The notes: generated from the letters alone by a model not told the origin. Shown: positions 21,349 through 31,862, numbered from the stretch's first letter. The stretch is DNA of 64,000 bases from a bacterium (GCA_965249485.1 OZ252239.1:2112001-2176000), one strand, 5' to 3'. Program-made: numbers and translations.

Positions 21349-22722
21349 ATGAAGCATAAATTTTTTATCAAACCTATAATTCTTATTTGCTTAATTACAA
21401 TACCAGCAACATATAGTACAATATACGGACAATCAAATAACAGTGATATAAACAATAAGATTATTGAATTGCTGTCCGGTGACCAAAATGTGGTAGAGAA
21501 AAATATAAGTTTTATTAAGGAAAATTGGGATGATAGCTTTGTTACAATGATTCTTGAGATTATGCAGTTTACAAACGATTGGAATCTCTATACTGAATTA
21601 TATCCCTTGATGGAGCAAAAAACCGGACAAAAATTTGGATTTGATAAAGATGCATGGTTCGAATGGGTATGGAATCAAGATTACAATATGCCTCCTGAAT
21701 ATGTAGATTTTAAATCAAATCTTTATGGTTTAGTCTTTCCCGCATTTAAAGATTATTTTAACAGTTCTTTTAAATCAATTATCCGACTTGATGAAGTAAG
21801 ATGGGGAGGCGTCATACAAGACGGTATACCGCCACTACGAAATCCGAAAATGATAGATGCAAAAAATGCGAATTACCTCGATGATGATAATTTGGTGTTT
21901 GGTATTTCTATTAACGGGGATACAAGAGCATATCCGAAGAGAATACTGGCTTGGCATGAAATGTTTGTTGATATATTCGGTGATATTCCTGTTGCTGGTG
22001 TATACTGTACTTTATGTGGTGCTATGATACTCTATAAAACAGAATTAAACGGTACCAATTACGATTTAGGAACAAGCGGATTTTTATACAGATCCAATAA
22101 ATTAATGTATGATAAAAAAACCCAATCTTTATGGAATACTTTTCGGGGAGTACCAGTAATAGGACAGTTGGTTGATGAAAACATTACCTTAGAAAAGGGA
22201 AGTGTGGTTACTACAACGTGGAAAGAATGGAAGAAAAGACATCCGGAATCACAGGTATTGTCAATAGATACGGGTTACGATAAAAATTACGATGAAGGTG
22301 AAGCATATAAATCATATTTTGCAAGCGATGATTTAATGTTCACTGTACCTAAATTAGATAAAAGAATGAAAAATAAAGATGAAATACTCGGGTTGTTATT
22401 CCCTGACCAGCCTGGTGAAGCTCTAGCTATTTCCGTAAAATACTTATCAAAAAATCCAATATATTCCGGAAGTTTGGGCGATAAGGATTTTGTTATATTT
22501 ACAGATAAATCGGGAGCATCGAGGGTATTTAATTCCGGAAATGTATGGTTTGAAAAATGGGATAAAAATAACCAGATAGTGGATGAAAATGGGATCAAAT
22601 GGGAATTGTCAGAGAGTGAAATTGAATCTTCTGAAGGAGATATATTAAAGAGATTACCTGCCCATAGAGCATTTTGGTTTGGATGGTTTTCACAATTTTC
22701 ACATAGTGAATTGATAAAATAA
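21349..22722 (+). CDS. DUF3179-domain exported protein with CxxC
   Basis: WGGV..DGIPPL, RAYP..ILAWHE, YCTLCG, GTSGFLYRSNKLMYD, FWFGW motifs; signal peptide; visibly AT-rich. Confidence 0.8.
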   Translation: MKHKFFIKPIILICLITIPATYSTIYGQSNNSDINNKIIELLSGDQNVVEKNISFIKENWDDSFVTMILEIMQFTNDWNLYTELYPLMEQKTGQKFGFDKDAWFEWVWNQDYNMPPEYVDFKSNLYGLVFPAFKDYFNSSFKSIIRLDEVRWGGVIQDGIPPLRNPKMIDAKNANYLDDDNLVFGISINGDTRAYPKRILAWHEMFVDIFGDIPVAGVYCTLCGAMILYKTELNGTNYDLGTSGFLYRSNKLMYDKKTQSLWNTFRGVPVIGQLVDENITLEKGSVVTTTWKEWKKRHPESQVLSIDTGYDKNYDEGEAYKSYFASDDLMFTVPKLDKRMKNKDEILGLLFPDQPGEALAISVKYLSKNPIYSGSLGDKDFVIFTDKSGASRVFNSGNVWFEKWDKNNQIVDENGIKWELSESEIESSEGDILKRLPAHRAFWFGWFSQFSHSELIK

Positions 22723-22899
22723 GATTAGTGGACCGACATTTTTTGTTTAAATGAATACAAGTATTATTATCATAAGATTACTCAGATTCCACTCTTGGAA
22801 ATCTCCCAATTCTCATTTAATTCTGTCTAAAACTATCTGAACAGATACAGTGATTTGAATAGAAATCCTCCCGAATAAAGTCGATGCTAATAATTATTT

Positions 22900-23685
22900 T
22901 TAAGGTTTAAGCTCCCTGATCCAGATATTGCGGAACCGGACTGGATTTTCGTGCTCCTGAAGCATTATAGGTTGTTTATCCGGATGTACCTGGTACTTCG
23001 GCACTTTCTTGAAAACAGTTGGTCCCATAATCTCGAAATTATCCTGCACAAGTATACCGTTTTGAAATACAGTGGCAGTTGCCGGTTTGACAACTCGGTT
23101 GTCTTTAAATATTGGACGATGGAAAATAATATCATAACTCTGCCAATCTCCAGGGGCATGTGAAGCATTGACCAGTGGAGGATTTTGGCTGTATATCGCG
23201 GCTGCCATACCTGTCGGATAGGTTTGGTTGTTGTATGAATCAAGCACCTGAACCTCATATCTGCTCATAAGAAAAACACCACTATTACCCCGGTCCTGCC
23301 CACTACCAGTGATTTCCAAAGGTGTAGACCATTCAATATGCAGTTGGAAGGAACCAAATTCCTGCTTAGTCCGAATATTGCCCGCATCCTTGACTACTTC
23401 CATATAGCCTTTTTCGATTTTCCATTGTGCTTTGTGGTTTTTTTCACCTACCCATTCAGAAAGATCACTACCATCGAAGAGGATGATCGCGTCCGACGGA
23501 GGAGACAATTCTCCTATTTGTGGAACAGTCTTCATGACTGATGGTTGTGGCCCTTTTTCATCGTACATTACTTCGAGGTCATATGGAGGGGATTTATATA
23601 CATTCTCACGTTCACCATTTGTACACGTTGTCAGTGTTGCTAAAATCATAAAGAAGAATACAACAAGAAATGATTTCTCTTTCAT
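22900..23685 (-). CDS. DUF1080 (3-keto-disaccharide hydrolase-like) exported protein
   Basis: PPSDAIILFDG, LHIEW, RGNSGVFL, YEVQVLDS, WQSYDI, LQEH..PVRFRNIWIR. Confidence 0.88.
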   Translation of the reverse strand: MKEKSFLVVFFFMILATLTTCTNGERENVYKSPPYDLEVMYDEKGPQPSVMKTVPQIGELSPPSDAIILFDGSDLSEWVGEKNHKAQWKIEKGYMEVVKDAGNIRTKQEFGSFQLHIEWSTPLEITGSGQDRGNSGVFLMSRYEVQVLDSYNNQTYPTGMAAAIYSQNPPLVNASHAPGDWQSYDIIFHRPIFKDNRVVKPATATVFQNGILVQDNFEIMGPTVFKKVPKYQVHPDKQPIMLQEHENPVRFRNIWIRELKP

Positions 23686-23710
23686 AGGTTTCTCTTCGTT
23701 TAGATAACAT

Positions 23711-24442
23711 TCATTCTTTCAAATCCAAATTTGCAAGAGCTATTAATTCACTTAATACATCGGAAGAATTTCGCAATACAGACAATCTGCTGTCAGGATC
23801 CACGGTCCACTCTATAGGAAACTCTCTAATTTGGATTCCCAGGTTTTGAGCACGCAGAATAATTTCTATTTCATATAAAAAACCTTCCGTAGCGCACTGT
23901 TTAAATAAACTTCGGGCTGTATTGCCTTTATACACTTTGAAACCACATTGTGTATCTGTTAAATAGGATGGTACACTAAACCAATGAACAAATATCCATC
24001 TGAAAATTCTTGAAATAAATTGTCTGGACCACGATTGAGGTTTTACAACATTACTATACTCCAATTTTCTTGATCCATGCGCACAATCACAAATTCCATT
24101 ATTAAGCAATTCAAGACCACGTATAACCATATCATACGGTACACACAGGCCGCTATCAACGCAGAGCACATAGTCTCCGGTTGATGCTGCCACTCCGGTC
24201 TTAACTGCACATCCCTTGCCACGGTGAGGTTTATACTGAATTATCTTCAATGAAACAGTGGATGAAACCGTTATAGATTCCGCAGCTTCAATTGTAGTAT
24301 CTGTACTACCATCATCGACAATAATAAGCTCACCATGAAAATCATTTTTAATGAGAAATTCTTCAGCAGCCTGAATGTCCCGCACAATTTTTTTACATTC
24401 GTTATAGACAGGTATTACAATAGAAAAAATCATTTGCATCAT
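23711..24442 (-). CDS. GT2 polyprenol/dolichyl-phosphate glycosyltransferase (ALG5/DPM1-like)
   Basis: SIVIPVYNE, IIVDDGSTD, GKG.AV, GSR and DTQCGFK motifs. Confidence 0.85.
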   Translation of the reverse strand: MMQMIFSIVIPVYNECKKIVRDIQAAEEFLIKNDFHGELIIVDDGSTDTTIEAAESITVSSTVSLKIIQYKPHRGKGCAVKTGVAASTGDYVLCVDSGLCVPYDMVIRGLELLNNGICDCAHGSRKLEYSNVVKPQSWSRQFISRIFRWIFVHWFSVPSYLTDTQCGFKVYKGNTARSLFKQCATEGFLYEIEIILRAQNLGIQIREFPIEWTVDPDSRLSVLRNSSDVLSELIALANLDLKE

Positions 24443-24542
24443 GAAGTAAGATATTGTAACAATAAATTGAACAAAATATTTTGAAGAAGAAACAACAGCA
24501 AAAAAGATTCAATATTTTTAGCAATAGCATGGGGTAATAATC

Positions 24543-25505
24543 TCATTCAAGATTAGTGATATCACCGTAACGCACAATATTCTCTTTGTTCTCGGAACCA
24601 TCCGTGATAATTATAGACTGGATATCGTTATGACGTAAACAGTAGTCATTAATTTCCTCCGGAGACATTATCATAAATGCTGTCGAAAGGGCGTCTCCTG
24701 CTGCCGCGGTCTCACTCAGTACCCATACAGCTGATTTATCTGTAACCGGATAGGCTGTTCTCGGATCGATTATGTGTTGACCTTTTCTAATTCCTGAGCC
24801 ATTTATAGCGCGGTTACAAAGATAGAGATGTGAAATAATTTTATCTGGATCATTGGGATTTCTTATAGTTATCTGCCATCCTTTTTCACCGGGGGGTGCA
24901 TCTAAGGTAAAAACCGAACTGGTTCCCCCATGAATGAGTGCAGAGTTTATATCCCAGTCATCTAATATTTTTGCCATACAATCAACAGCATATCCTTTAC
25001 CAAAACCTCCTAAATCAATACACATATTGCCTGAATTGAGCGATACTGTATGTTGATTTTTGTCCAACTGAATAAGATGCATTCCTGTTCTTGCTCTAGC
25101 GACGGTTAGTTCCTTTTGAGATGGAGTGCGATTGGTTTTATCACTATTCAACCAAGATTTTAACAGCGGTCCGACGGTAATATCAAATGCATTATGTGTG
25201 CTTGTGCTTAATTGGACACATTGTTCAAGGCATTCGAAAGCATCCAATCCAACGCATACAGGATTACTTGTACCGGAATTATTAATACGTGAGATATCGC
25301 TGTTTGGAATAAATCTGCTTAATTCCTGTTCAAGCCGATCAAGTTCGTTAAACGCCTGAAAAGCACATTGTTCCGCATAAATGGCATCGTCGTTTATAAT
25401 AATTATCTCAAAAACAGTTGCCATAGCATTATGTGAAAAACGGCGGGCGTTATTCGGTGCTTGTTCAGAATAATCTATAAAGTTGTTTTTTGGTATTTTA
25501 TCCAT
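24543..25505 (-). CDS. apbE: FAD:protein FMN transferase
   Basis: AMAT, LSRF...SDISRIN, AFDITVGPL, IDLGGFGKGYAVD, HIIDPRT, DALSTA; no evident signal peptide. Confidence 0.9.
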   Translation of the reverse strand: MDKIPKNNFIDYSEQAPNNARRFSHNAMATVFEIIIINDDAIYAEQCAFQAFNELDRLEQELSRFIPNSDISRINNSGTSNPVCVGLDAFECLEQCVQLSTSTHNAFDITVGPLLKSWLNSDKTNRTPSQKELTVARARTGMHLIQLDKNQHTVSLNSGNMCIDLGGFGKGYAVDCMAKILDDWDINSALIHGGTSSVFTLDAPPGEKGWQITIRNPNDPDKIISHLYLCNRAINGSGIRKGQHIIDPRTAYPVTDKSAVWVLSETAAAGDALSTAFMIMSPEEINDYCLRHNDIQSIIITDGSENKENIVRYGDITNLE

Positions 25506-25537
25506 CTTTTTCTGTAAAAGCCTTTTTCGGTATTAGC

Positions 25538-27145
25538 CTACTGTTGTAGTTTGTCCCAAAGATCTTTCCTTACATAACCGCGCAATTCAATCATCGGGCG
25601 TAATTCTGTATAATCATCAAACAGAGGTACGTATAAATTTCTTTTTCCGGGGGATGGGAGTTCATATATTTTATTTAGGATATCCGATTCCACACTGGGT
25701 GAGGCAATAATTACCGGTGCTGCTTCTACATCCATATCAACTTTGTTCCACCAACCTATGTTGGAAAATGACCGCAAATACCATGGTAGAGGCCAATAGT
25801 CACTTTCAGGACTTATAACATTAATATACATATTTTTTCCATCAGGATGAACATTTGCTAGACCTTGGATACGTTCGGCGATACTGAAAATATCATTGGT
25901 AGTATGAGCATACACATATGGATTTGAAGGGTCAGAATAATATTTATAGTTAGATAAATAAGATTGTGTCATTAAATGGATAACACCTGCAGCAAGTACA
26001 AGCACCAGAAATACTCGCATTGCTTTTCTTGAAAAAAAGTTAATTGCGGCAACGGAACCGACGGCTGCAAGGACTATCATTCCCTGCAAAAAACCAAGCA
26101 TATTCCAGGGAGTTTTATAAGGAATTGCCGAATAAACAAATGCCGATATAAGAGTGAAGTATAAGATAAACCGGACTAATCGGAAATCTACACCTGAGAC
26201 TCCTTTTTTTGATACGGCAACTAAGGACCCGGCAACAGCCAACAAAACGATTAAAGCTTCGCTCCAGATTTGTCCAGTTAAACCTTTTGAATAAATCAGC
26301 AATTTAAGATAGTAATACCATGGCTGTATGTGCCAATCATCATATGCAGCTTTGCTGAAATAATTCGTATAGGTTAAATAAGAATCTGAAATACCTGCAG
26401 GATTGGTGAAAAAGGAGGAATAAAATAGTGCGGAAACGGCAAGTGCTGCTACTATCAATGCTGCACAATGACTAAAATTGATTAATTTGAATGTCTTTTG
26501 AGTAGCTCCTGTAAAGTATCCCTCTGTAATGAGCACAAGAAATGATGCTATCAGCATTGCGCCAAAGGCTATTATAAATGTTTCCTTTGTTGCATGCATC
26601 AATCCGAGAAAAATTCCGGTCGTCACTGCCCAGCCGTAGTGTACGCTTACGCAATATCGGTAGCCGGAAACTATTACGGCTAGTATTAAAAATACCAGCA
26701 GCATTTCATGAATGTAATAGCGGCTATAAAATACCATTGCAGGTGAAACTGCCGTCAATATACCAGCTGAAGTTACAACCGGCCAGCTCAATCCTGATAC
26801 AAACATATACAGTAGCACTATTAGTAATACCCCGAAAAAAACAGGCACAATCCGTAATGTAGATTCATCAATCTCCGGAAGATTTTGTGCTGATCCAATC
26901 CACGCAGGAATTAAGGTGAGATAATAAAGGGTAGGGCCGTGGTATTCACTGTTATCATAATGGTAATAATTGTATTCTAACAATAATCCAAACTTTGCGG
27001 CCTGTACTGCTTCGTCGGAATGCATCGGACGCTGTGTCAAATTCGGCAACCGAAATGCAATTGCGGTGAGTATGACAATCAGAACGAGAGAGTAGTAGTG
27101 GACCTTTTTATTAATTAAGGGGTACACCGTAAACACCAACCTCAA
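25538..27145 (-). CDS. TIGR03663/Agl23-like GT-C (PMT-like) membrane glycosyltransferase; start uncertain
   Basis: RPMHSDEAV, YHGPTL, SP..VFYSRYYIHE, ATKE, YKTPW, NPYVYAHT, WPLPWYLR; many TM helices. Confidence 0.8.
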   Translation of the reverse strand: MRLVFTVYPLINKKVHYYSLVLIVILTAIAFRLPNLTQRPMHSDEAVQAAKFGLLLEYNYYHYDNSEYHGPTLYYLTLIPAWIGSAQNLPEIDESTLRIVPVFFGVLLIVLLYMFVSGLSWPVVTSAGILTAVSPAMVFYSRYYIHEMLLVFLILAVIVSGYRYCVSVHYGWAVTTGIFLGLMHATKETFIIAFGAMLIASFLVLITEGYFTGATQKTFKLINFSHCAALIVAALAVSALFYSSFFTNPAGISDSYLTYTNYFSKAAYDDWHIQPWYYYLKLLIYSKGLTGQIWSEALIVLLAVAGSLVAVSKKGVSGVDFRLVRFILYFTLISAFVYSAIPYKTPWNMLGFLQGMIVLAAVGSVAAINFFSRKAMRVFLVLVLAAGVIHLMTQSYLSNYKYYSDPSNPYVYAHTTNDIFSIAERIQGLANVHPDGKNMYINVISPESDYWPLPWYLRSFSNIGWWNKVDMDVEAAPVIIASPSVESDILNKIYELPSPGKRNLYVPLFDDYTELRPMIELRGYVRKDLWDKLQQ

Positions 27146-27812
27146 TGTAATGATTTAAATCATTACTTATGTTGCCGTTACTATACAGACGGACATATCG
27201 TCCCTGGACTCCTTTCGCATCTATTAATTTTCCTTCAGATGTTTCAACATAATGCAGGTCCTTCCCAACACCCAAACCAGCAGAGTTGTCATCATCATTA
27301 TTGAAGATTGTTGTAACTCCTTTAATAAAATTAGGTTCGTCAGCAACTTGTACAACTACATCAGTGTAAACGCGGGCCTGTTTATGGTAGTGCCACACAA
27401 GCACAGCATAGAGAGTATGAGAACGTTCAAGATCGATTGTTACGTGCTGCTGGAATGGTCCTAATTCAACGTAACTTCCATCCGCAGCATCTTTATCATC
27501 ATTGGTAATCATTTCTATTTCACCTATAATCGGTTCTTCATCGGTACTGGCTACCGCTTTTCCCAGTGCAACATTTTCTGTGCCAACCGGAGCAAGAAAC
27601 GGAGAGCGAGGTTTTCCCAGTGGTTTTTCAAGATTTTGAATCCTGAAATTTTGTGGTGTTCCAACAAACATTGGTTTTGGAAGTTCAATTGTAATCGGCT
27701 CCAAATCTTGAGCATTTGCAGTTGCGATTCCGTATTGTATTTCCACAGCCGAAAATAATAACACTACTAATAGTGCAAGTAATAGACAATGAAAAATATT
27801 TTTGATGATCAT
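27111..27812 (-). CDS. Exported discoidin/F5-8 type C (CBM32-like) domain protein
   Basis: Signal peptide; NVALGK, VTIDL, GRYVRLYSNG, NHYIEVGVYG. Confidence 0.7.
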   Translation of the reverse strand: MIIKNIFHCLLLALLVVLLFSAVEIQYGIATANAQDLEPITIELPKPMFVGTPQNFRIQNLEKPLGKPRSPFLAPVGTENVALGKAVASTDEEPIIGEIEMITNDDKDAADGSYVELGPFQQHVTIDLERSHTLYAVLVWHYHKQARVYTDVVVQVADEPNFIKGVTTIFNNDDDNSAGLGVGKDLHYVETSEGKLIDAKGVQGRYVRLYSNGNISNDLNHYIEVGVYGVPLN

Positions 27813-27858
27813 AACAATACAATCCTTTATTTTTAGAATGACACTTACTTAATGTATA

Positions 27859-28515
27859 CTACGGATCCTTACGTCCAGTTTCTTTTGAGCTCAATAAGAG
27901 ATAGGTATGGACCAAACTCACTATGAGAAATAAAAGCGCGCTTGAAAAGTGCAAAGTCAATAAAGACTCCTGTCCGCCTGTCCCAAATATAGTATACATA
28001 CTTAAAATGATCGATCCCATAATAAATGGTGTTAAGAAAACCAACAGCCAAAAGCAAACCTTCAGAACTGGCTGATAGTGTGATATAGCATCTTTATCTC
28101 TTTTGCCGAAAATACTATTATACAACCACTGTTGATCAGATGTATTAAAAATTTGTTCATGTGCCCAGAGCAGACTTATTAGTGTCATGCTTATCGCAAA
28201 AACAGGCGATAATGAAACATGCAATATTAGCAAAAAACCGGATATCGGTCCACCCGTAATAAAGTATGGCATAAAACCGGTTAAGGTCAGTAAGACAACA
28301 CAAATAACAGCAATACAATATAACAAAACTTTTATACATTTTACTATATCGGATATGTTTAATGAGCTGGGATTCTTACATTTTACGTATGCATCTACTG
28401 CGGTAGATGCTAATTTTTTTACGGTCTCTTTTAGATTAATCACACTTGGCCGGGTAGCATAGAAAAACCAGCCGACAGCAGCCAGAAAAATCAATAATGT
28501 TACAATTCTAATCAT
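27859..28515 (-). CDS. Cytochrome b-like membrane protein (formate dehydrogenase gamma-like)
   Basis: About 5 TM helices with His in or near helices (LLILHVS, LTLHFSS, LVHTY); LTLTGF; immediately downstream of the multiheme cytochrome. Confidence 0.55.
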   Translation of the reverse strand: MIRIVTLLIFLAAVGWFFYATRPSVINLKETVKKLASTAVDAYVKCKNPSSLNISDIVKCIKVLLYCIAVICVVLLTLTGFMPYFITGGPISGFLLILHVSLSPVFAISMTLISLLWAHEQIFNTSDQQWLYNSIFGKRDKDAISHYQPVLKVCFWLLVFLTPFIMGSIILSMYTIFGTGGQESLLTLHFSSALLFLIVSLVHTYLLLSSKETGRKDP

Positions 28516-28528
28516 AGTATAATCAATT

Positions 28529-30448
28529 TCATGAGTCAGATCCCGACATTTTTTTTAGAATAGCATCCAAACCCTTCATAGTATACAGCAATAGGACTAA
28601 CAGTATGATGCCGCAGCAGACCAGTATCATATTTTTCATGAGCGGACGGAACAAAAAGCTCATTGCAAAGACACGGGGGTAGACAGCATCCGTTTCCTGC
28701 AGAAATGTCATACTAATTGTTGAGCCTTTAGAAAAATCAAGCGGCATTGGTGCACTGACGTTTCCAAAACTAAACGGTGATCCTATAGCATGACAATCGT
28801 TGCAGCCTCTGATGCCCAATGATTGCTCTGCCGGTCTGACATCATGAGCAAATGCCCAGCTATACGGTTTCGCTGCAGGATGATCCTGTTGTATCAGAAT
28901 AGTAGAATTGGCGGCACTGAATATTTTGCCTCCACTAATGTAAACAGGTGTACCTTTCTCCGGATTAAGGGTATTCAGACTATCCAGAATGCCGATTATT
29001 TGTTTTTCTGAGAATTGCGGCCAGTTTCCTGTGCGTAATTGGGCGATGTTTGTGCTATCGGTCAATGTGTCCTGTATAATGAATGCCAAGGCGATATTTT
29101 GAACCTCATCAAGAAGAATAGGATTATTGATAGTATCTCCATTTTTAAATGCCCAGAATGAAGGCCACATCAACCTGTGCGGCGCAATTTTTCCATCATC
29201 GTCTTTGGCATAAACAGGAGATAGAATATACGGGACAACATCATCTCCCTTTTTTACACCATATGTTCCTAACGCATGCGTTCTGCTTAACTTGACTCTC
29301 TGGGCATTTTCGGTTGGCCAGGGGCCAGAATGACACGCAGTGCATGAAAGTTTTTCAAAATGTATTACTGGGAGACCTTTATGTGCAGGATAAGGCGCTC
29401 CAAGCCTGCCGGCTTGTGGAACGTCAGATTCGTTATCCCGAATATGACATCCAGCACATGAATAGGAAGCAGCCTCAGCTTTGTCTGTACTTTCAGCTTC
29501 CCACTCATAACCTCTTGTCATTGAATGATCAAGACCATTGCGGTGACAATCCACACAGTTCATTCCGGAAGCAATATGTACATCTTCATCCAATTCCCAT
29601 CTTTCTGCCTGAGTTTCATTAACAGCTTTAGTCGAATGGCAGAAATAGCATCGTTGATTGGGAGCTTTTCTGGTTATATCGAAAAGGATTTTACCCTGAC
29701 TATTAAACCTGCTTTTATCATATTCGATTGTTGGCGGAATCGCATCGCCCAGATCGGGAGCAGTGCCGGAATAAATGTCATAGTTATCAGGCATTGCTTT
29801 TGCTGAGCCTCGAACAGATGAAAAACCACTTGTTGCAGCCGCGGCCCACCGATAGTTTTGCTGCCTTATTTGTTGTTCATATTCAGATTGATCATGTCCC
29901 GGATCGGCATCATGACAACTCAGACAGTTAATTTCCGCTTTTCCCGAAACCAGCCATCGAAAATATGTATCAACTGATTCTGTAGAATCATTTTCACTTA
30001 TTCCGCCGCCATTGAGATGCCTCCCGAATTTCTGGGTAAAAAGGAAGGGTGAAAGCCCAATAGTTTCGGGTTTAAATGTTCCCTTCCAACCTCGATGAGA
30101 AAGTGGTATCTGCGTAGCGCTGATTGGATCAACAAATACCCAGGGTTCTCCGCGTCGACCAGAAAATATGGTAGGATCTGGTGCATTAAAATGCCAGCCG
30201 CTGCTGATTTGAGCATAATCATGACACTCCAGACAGCTCTGTTTAGTTGAAAAGGGCATAGGGACACTGTCGTCAGGTCTGATCAATGAGCCATTTTCAT
30301 CTAATAGATCAAGAATATGAACAGGGTGTGACCGGTTACCGTCACTGATGTCACCGAGTTTTGGCTCTTGTGCAAAGCCGGATTTTACCAAAATGAGGAG
30401 AATTATTCCTATGAATAAAATCGATTGGAGATTAATAGAATTAGTCAT
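28529..30448 (-). CDS. Membrane-anchored multiheme cytochrome c (7 CxxCH)
   Basis: CLECH, CLSCH, CYFCH, CVDCH, CAGCH, CTACH, CNDCH; N-terminal signal peptide; C-terminal TM helix. Confidence 0.9.
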   Translation of the reverse strand: MTNSINLQSILFIGIILLILVKSGFAQEPKLGDISDGNRSHPVHILDLLDENGSLIRPDDSVPMPFSTKQSCLECHDYAQISSGWHFNAPDPTIFSGRRGEPWVFVDPISATQIPLSHRGWKGTFKPETIGLSPFLFTQKFGRHLNGGGISENDSTESVDTYFRWLVSGKAEINCLSCHDADPGHDQSEYEQQIRQQNYRWAAAATSGFSSVRGSAKAMPDNYDIYSGTAPDLGDAIPPTIEYDKSRFNSQGKILFDITRKAPNQRCYFCHSTKAVNETQAERWELDEDVHIASGMNCVDCHRNGLDHSMTRGYEWEAESTDKAEAASYSCAGCHIRDNESDVPQAGRLGAPYPAHKGLPVIHFEKLSCTACHSGPWPTENAQRVKLSRTHALGTYGVKKGDDVVPYILSPVYAKDDDGKIAPHRLMWPSFWAFKNGDTINNPILLDEVQNIALAFIIQDTLTDSTNIAQLRTGNWPQFSEKQIIGILDSLNTLNPEKGTPVYISGGKIFSAANSTILIQQDHPAAKPYSWAFAHDVRPAEQSLGIRGCNDCHAIGSPFSFGNVSAPMPLDFSKGSTISMTFLQETDAVYPRVFAMSFLFRPLMKNMILVCCGIILLVLLLYTMKGLDAILKKMSGSDS

Positions 30449-30481
30449 AGAGAAGGTCTGCAGATATTCTAATTTCCAGTT

Positions 30482-31825
30482 TTACACAGTGAATTCATTC
30501 TTTTTGAACAAGAGTTTTCTATTTGATTCAACCGCTTGATTCACCTTTAAGACAGTAACTGCAGTTTCATATCCAATTTCAGCAGGACAGTTTAGTTTCT
30601 CTCTGCCCTGCACAGCATTGAAAAAATTTTCCAGATGAGGTTTATGATATGGATCGTTAAACTCTATTGGCAATCCATGTTGCGATGGTGCGATCGTTTC
30701 CCGAACATCCAGCACCAAATTCTCATCGAGTAATTTTTCTTCTACTGGTGCATTTAAATAGCCTAATTCAACCCATTTGGTCCAATCAGGCGCTGTCGGT
30801 TCACGATATATTCCACCTCTTCCCGCAGATTCAGAAATATTTAAAGTTCCTTGATCTCCCATGAAGGTTTCGTAATACCCCTGACTGCTATTTGTAGTAA
30901 GTGTTTGATAAAATGCCCTGACAACTTCGTCATTTGATTGAAATTCATATATAGCCATGACTGTATCGTACCATTCGTGGGTTTTTTTATCATAATAATC
31001 GGTGCCGCCGCTTGCAACAACTGAGATTGGCACAGCATCTAAAAACCAGGTAAATATATCGATCTGATGAGAGCCTAAATCAACAATCGGACCGCCACCA
31101 AGAGCTCGATACCACCGCCAGTTGCGGAATTGATCCATCGATTCAAATCCATATTTTCTTAATACAGACGGGGGAACGGGATATTTTTTTGGCCATCCCA
31201 AATCGGGTTGAACTGACCGGTTCCATTGAGCATTTATTGCTGTGAGCCGGCCGAGGAGTCCGGTTTCTTTTATGATTTTATCTTTACAATGTATATATCT
31301 CGGATTACTTCTTCGCTGATGCCCGATCTGAAGCAGTTTTCCTGTTTCACGGGATGCCAGCACCATTTCGCGGGCTTTTTCCAGAGAATTGGACATTTCT
31401 TTTTCGCAATACACATGGAGTCCTGCCCTCAGACAGTCAATAGTCTGCTCAGCATGCCAGAAATCAGGTGAAGCGATAAGAACGGCATCGATATCGTTTT
31501 CCTGTGACAGCATGTCTCGATAATTTTCATATCCGTTGAGCTCGTGACCATATTTTCTGAGTAGTCCGACCGCCCTTTTCAGGTTGAAATCTGTCCAAAT
31601 ATCGCATACTGCTTTAAATCGTATCCCCGGAATCTTAAGACAAGCGATAAGTAAAACCTGTCCCTGTGCACCGGCACCTATGAGTGCTATATTCAGATCG
31701 TCTGATTGTTGTACAGTCTCCTGAGCATGCCCCATTCGGGTCATCAATAAACCTGCACCTGCTGCTGCACTGTATTCAAGAAATTTGCGTCTATCAATGC
31801 CATTTTTATTCTTATGATCTTTCAT
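30482..31825 (-). CDS. Tat-exported Gfo/Idh/MocA oxidoreductase
   Basis: DRRKFLE; IGAGAQG; SPDFWH; HVYCEK; GHQRRS; NWRWY; GG...DLGSHQID. Confidence 0.9.
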   Translation of the reverse strand: MKDHKNKNGIDRRKFLEYSAAAGAGLLMTRMGHAQETVQQSDDLNIALIGAGAQGQVLLIACLKIPGIRFKAVCDIWTDFNLKRAVGLLRKYGHELNGYENYRDMLSQENDIDAVLIASPDFWHAEQTIDCLRAGLHVYCEKEMSNSLEKAREMVLASRETGKLLQIGHQRRSNPRYIHCKDKIIKETGLLGRLTAINAQWNRSVQPDLGWPKKYPVPPSVLRKYGFESMDQFRNWRWYRALGGGPIVDLGSHQIDIFTWFLDAVPISVVASGGTDYYDKKTHEWYDTVMAIYEFQSNDEVVRAFYQTLTTNSSQGYYETFMGDQGTLNISESAGRGGIYREPTAPDWTKWVELGYLNAPVEEKLLDENLVLDVRETIAPSQHGLPIEFNDPYHKPHLENFFNAVQGREKLNCPAEIGYETAVTVLKVNQAVESNRKLLFKKNEFTV

Positions 31826-31862
31826 TATATTTACAAAGTCCTTTGAGTAAAATAAATGTTAT

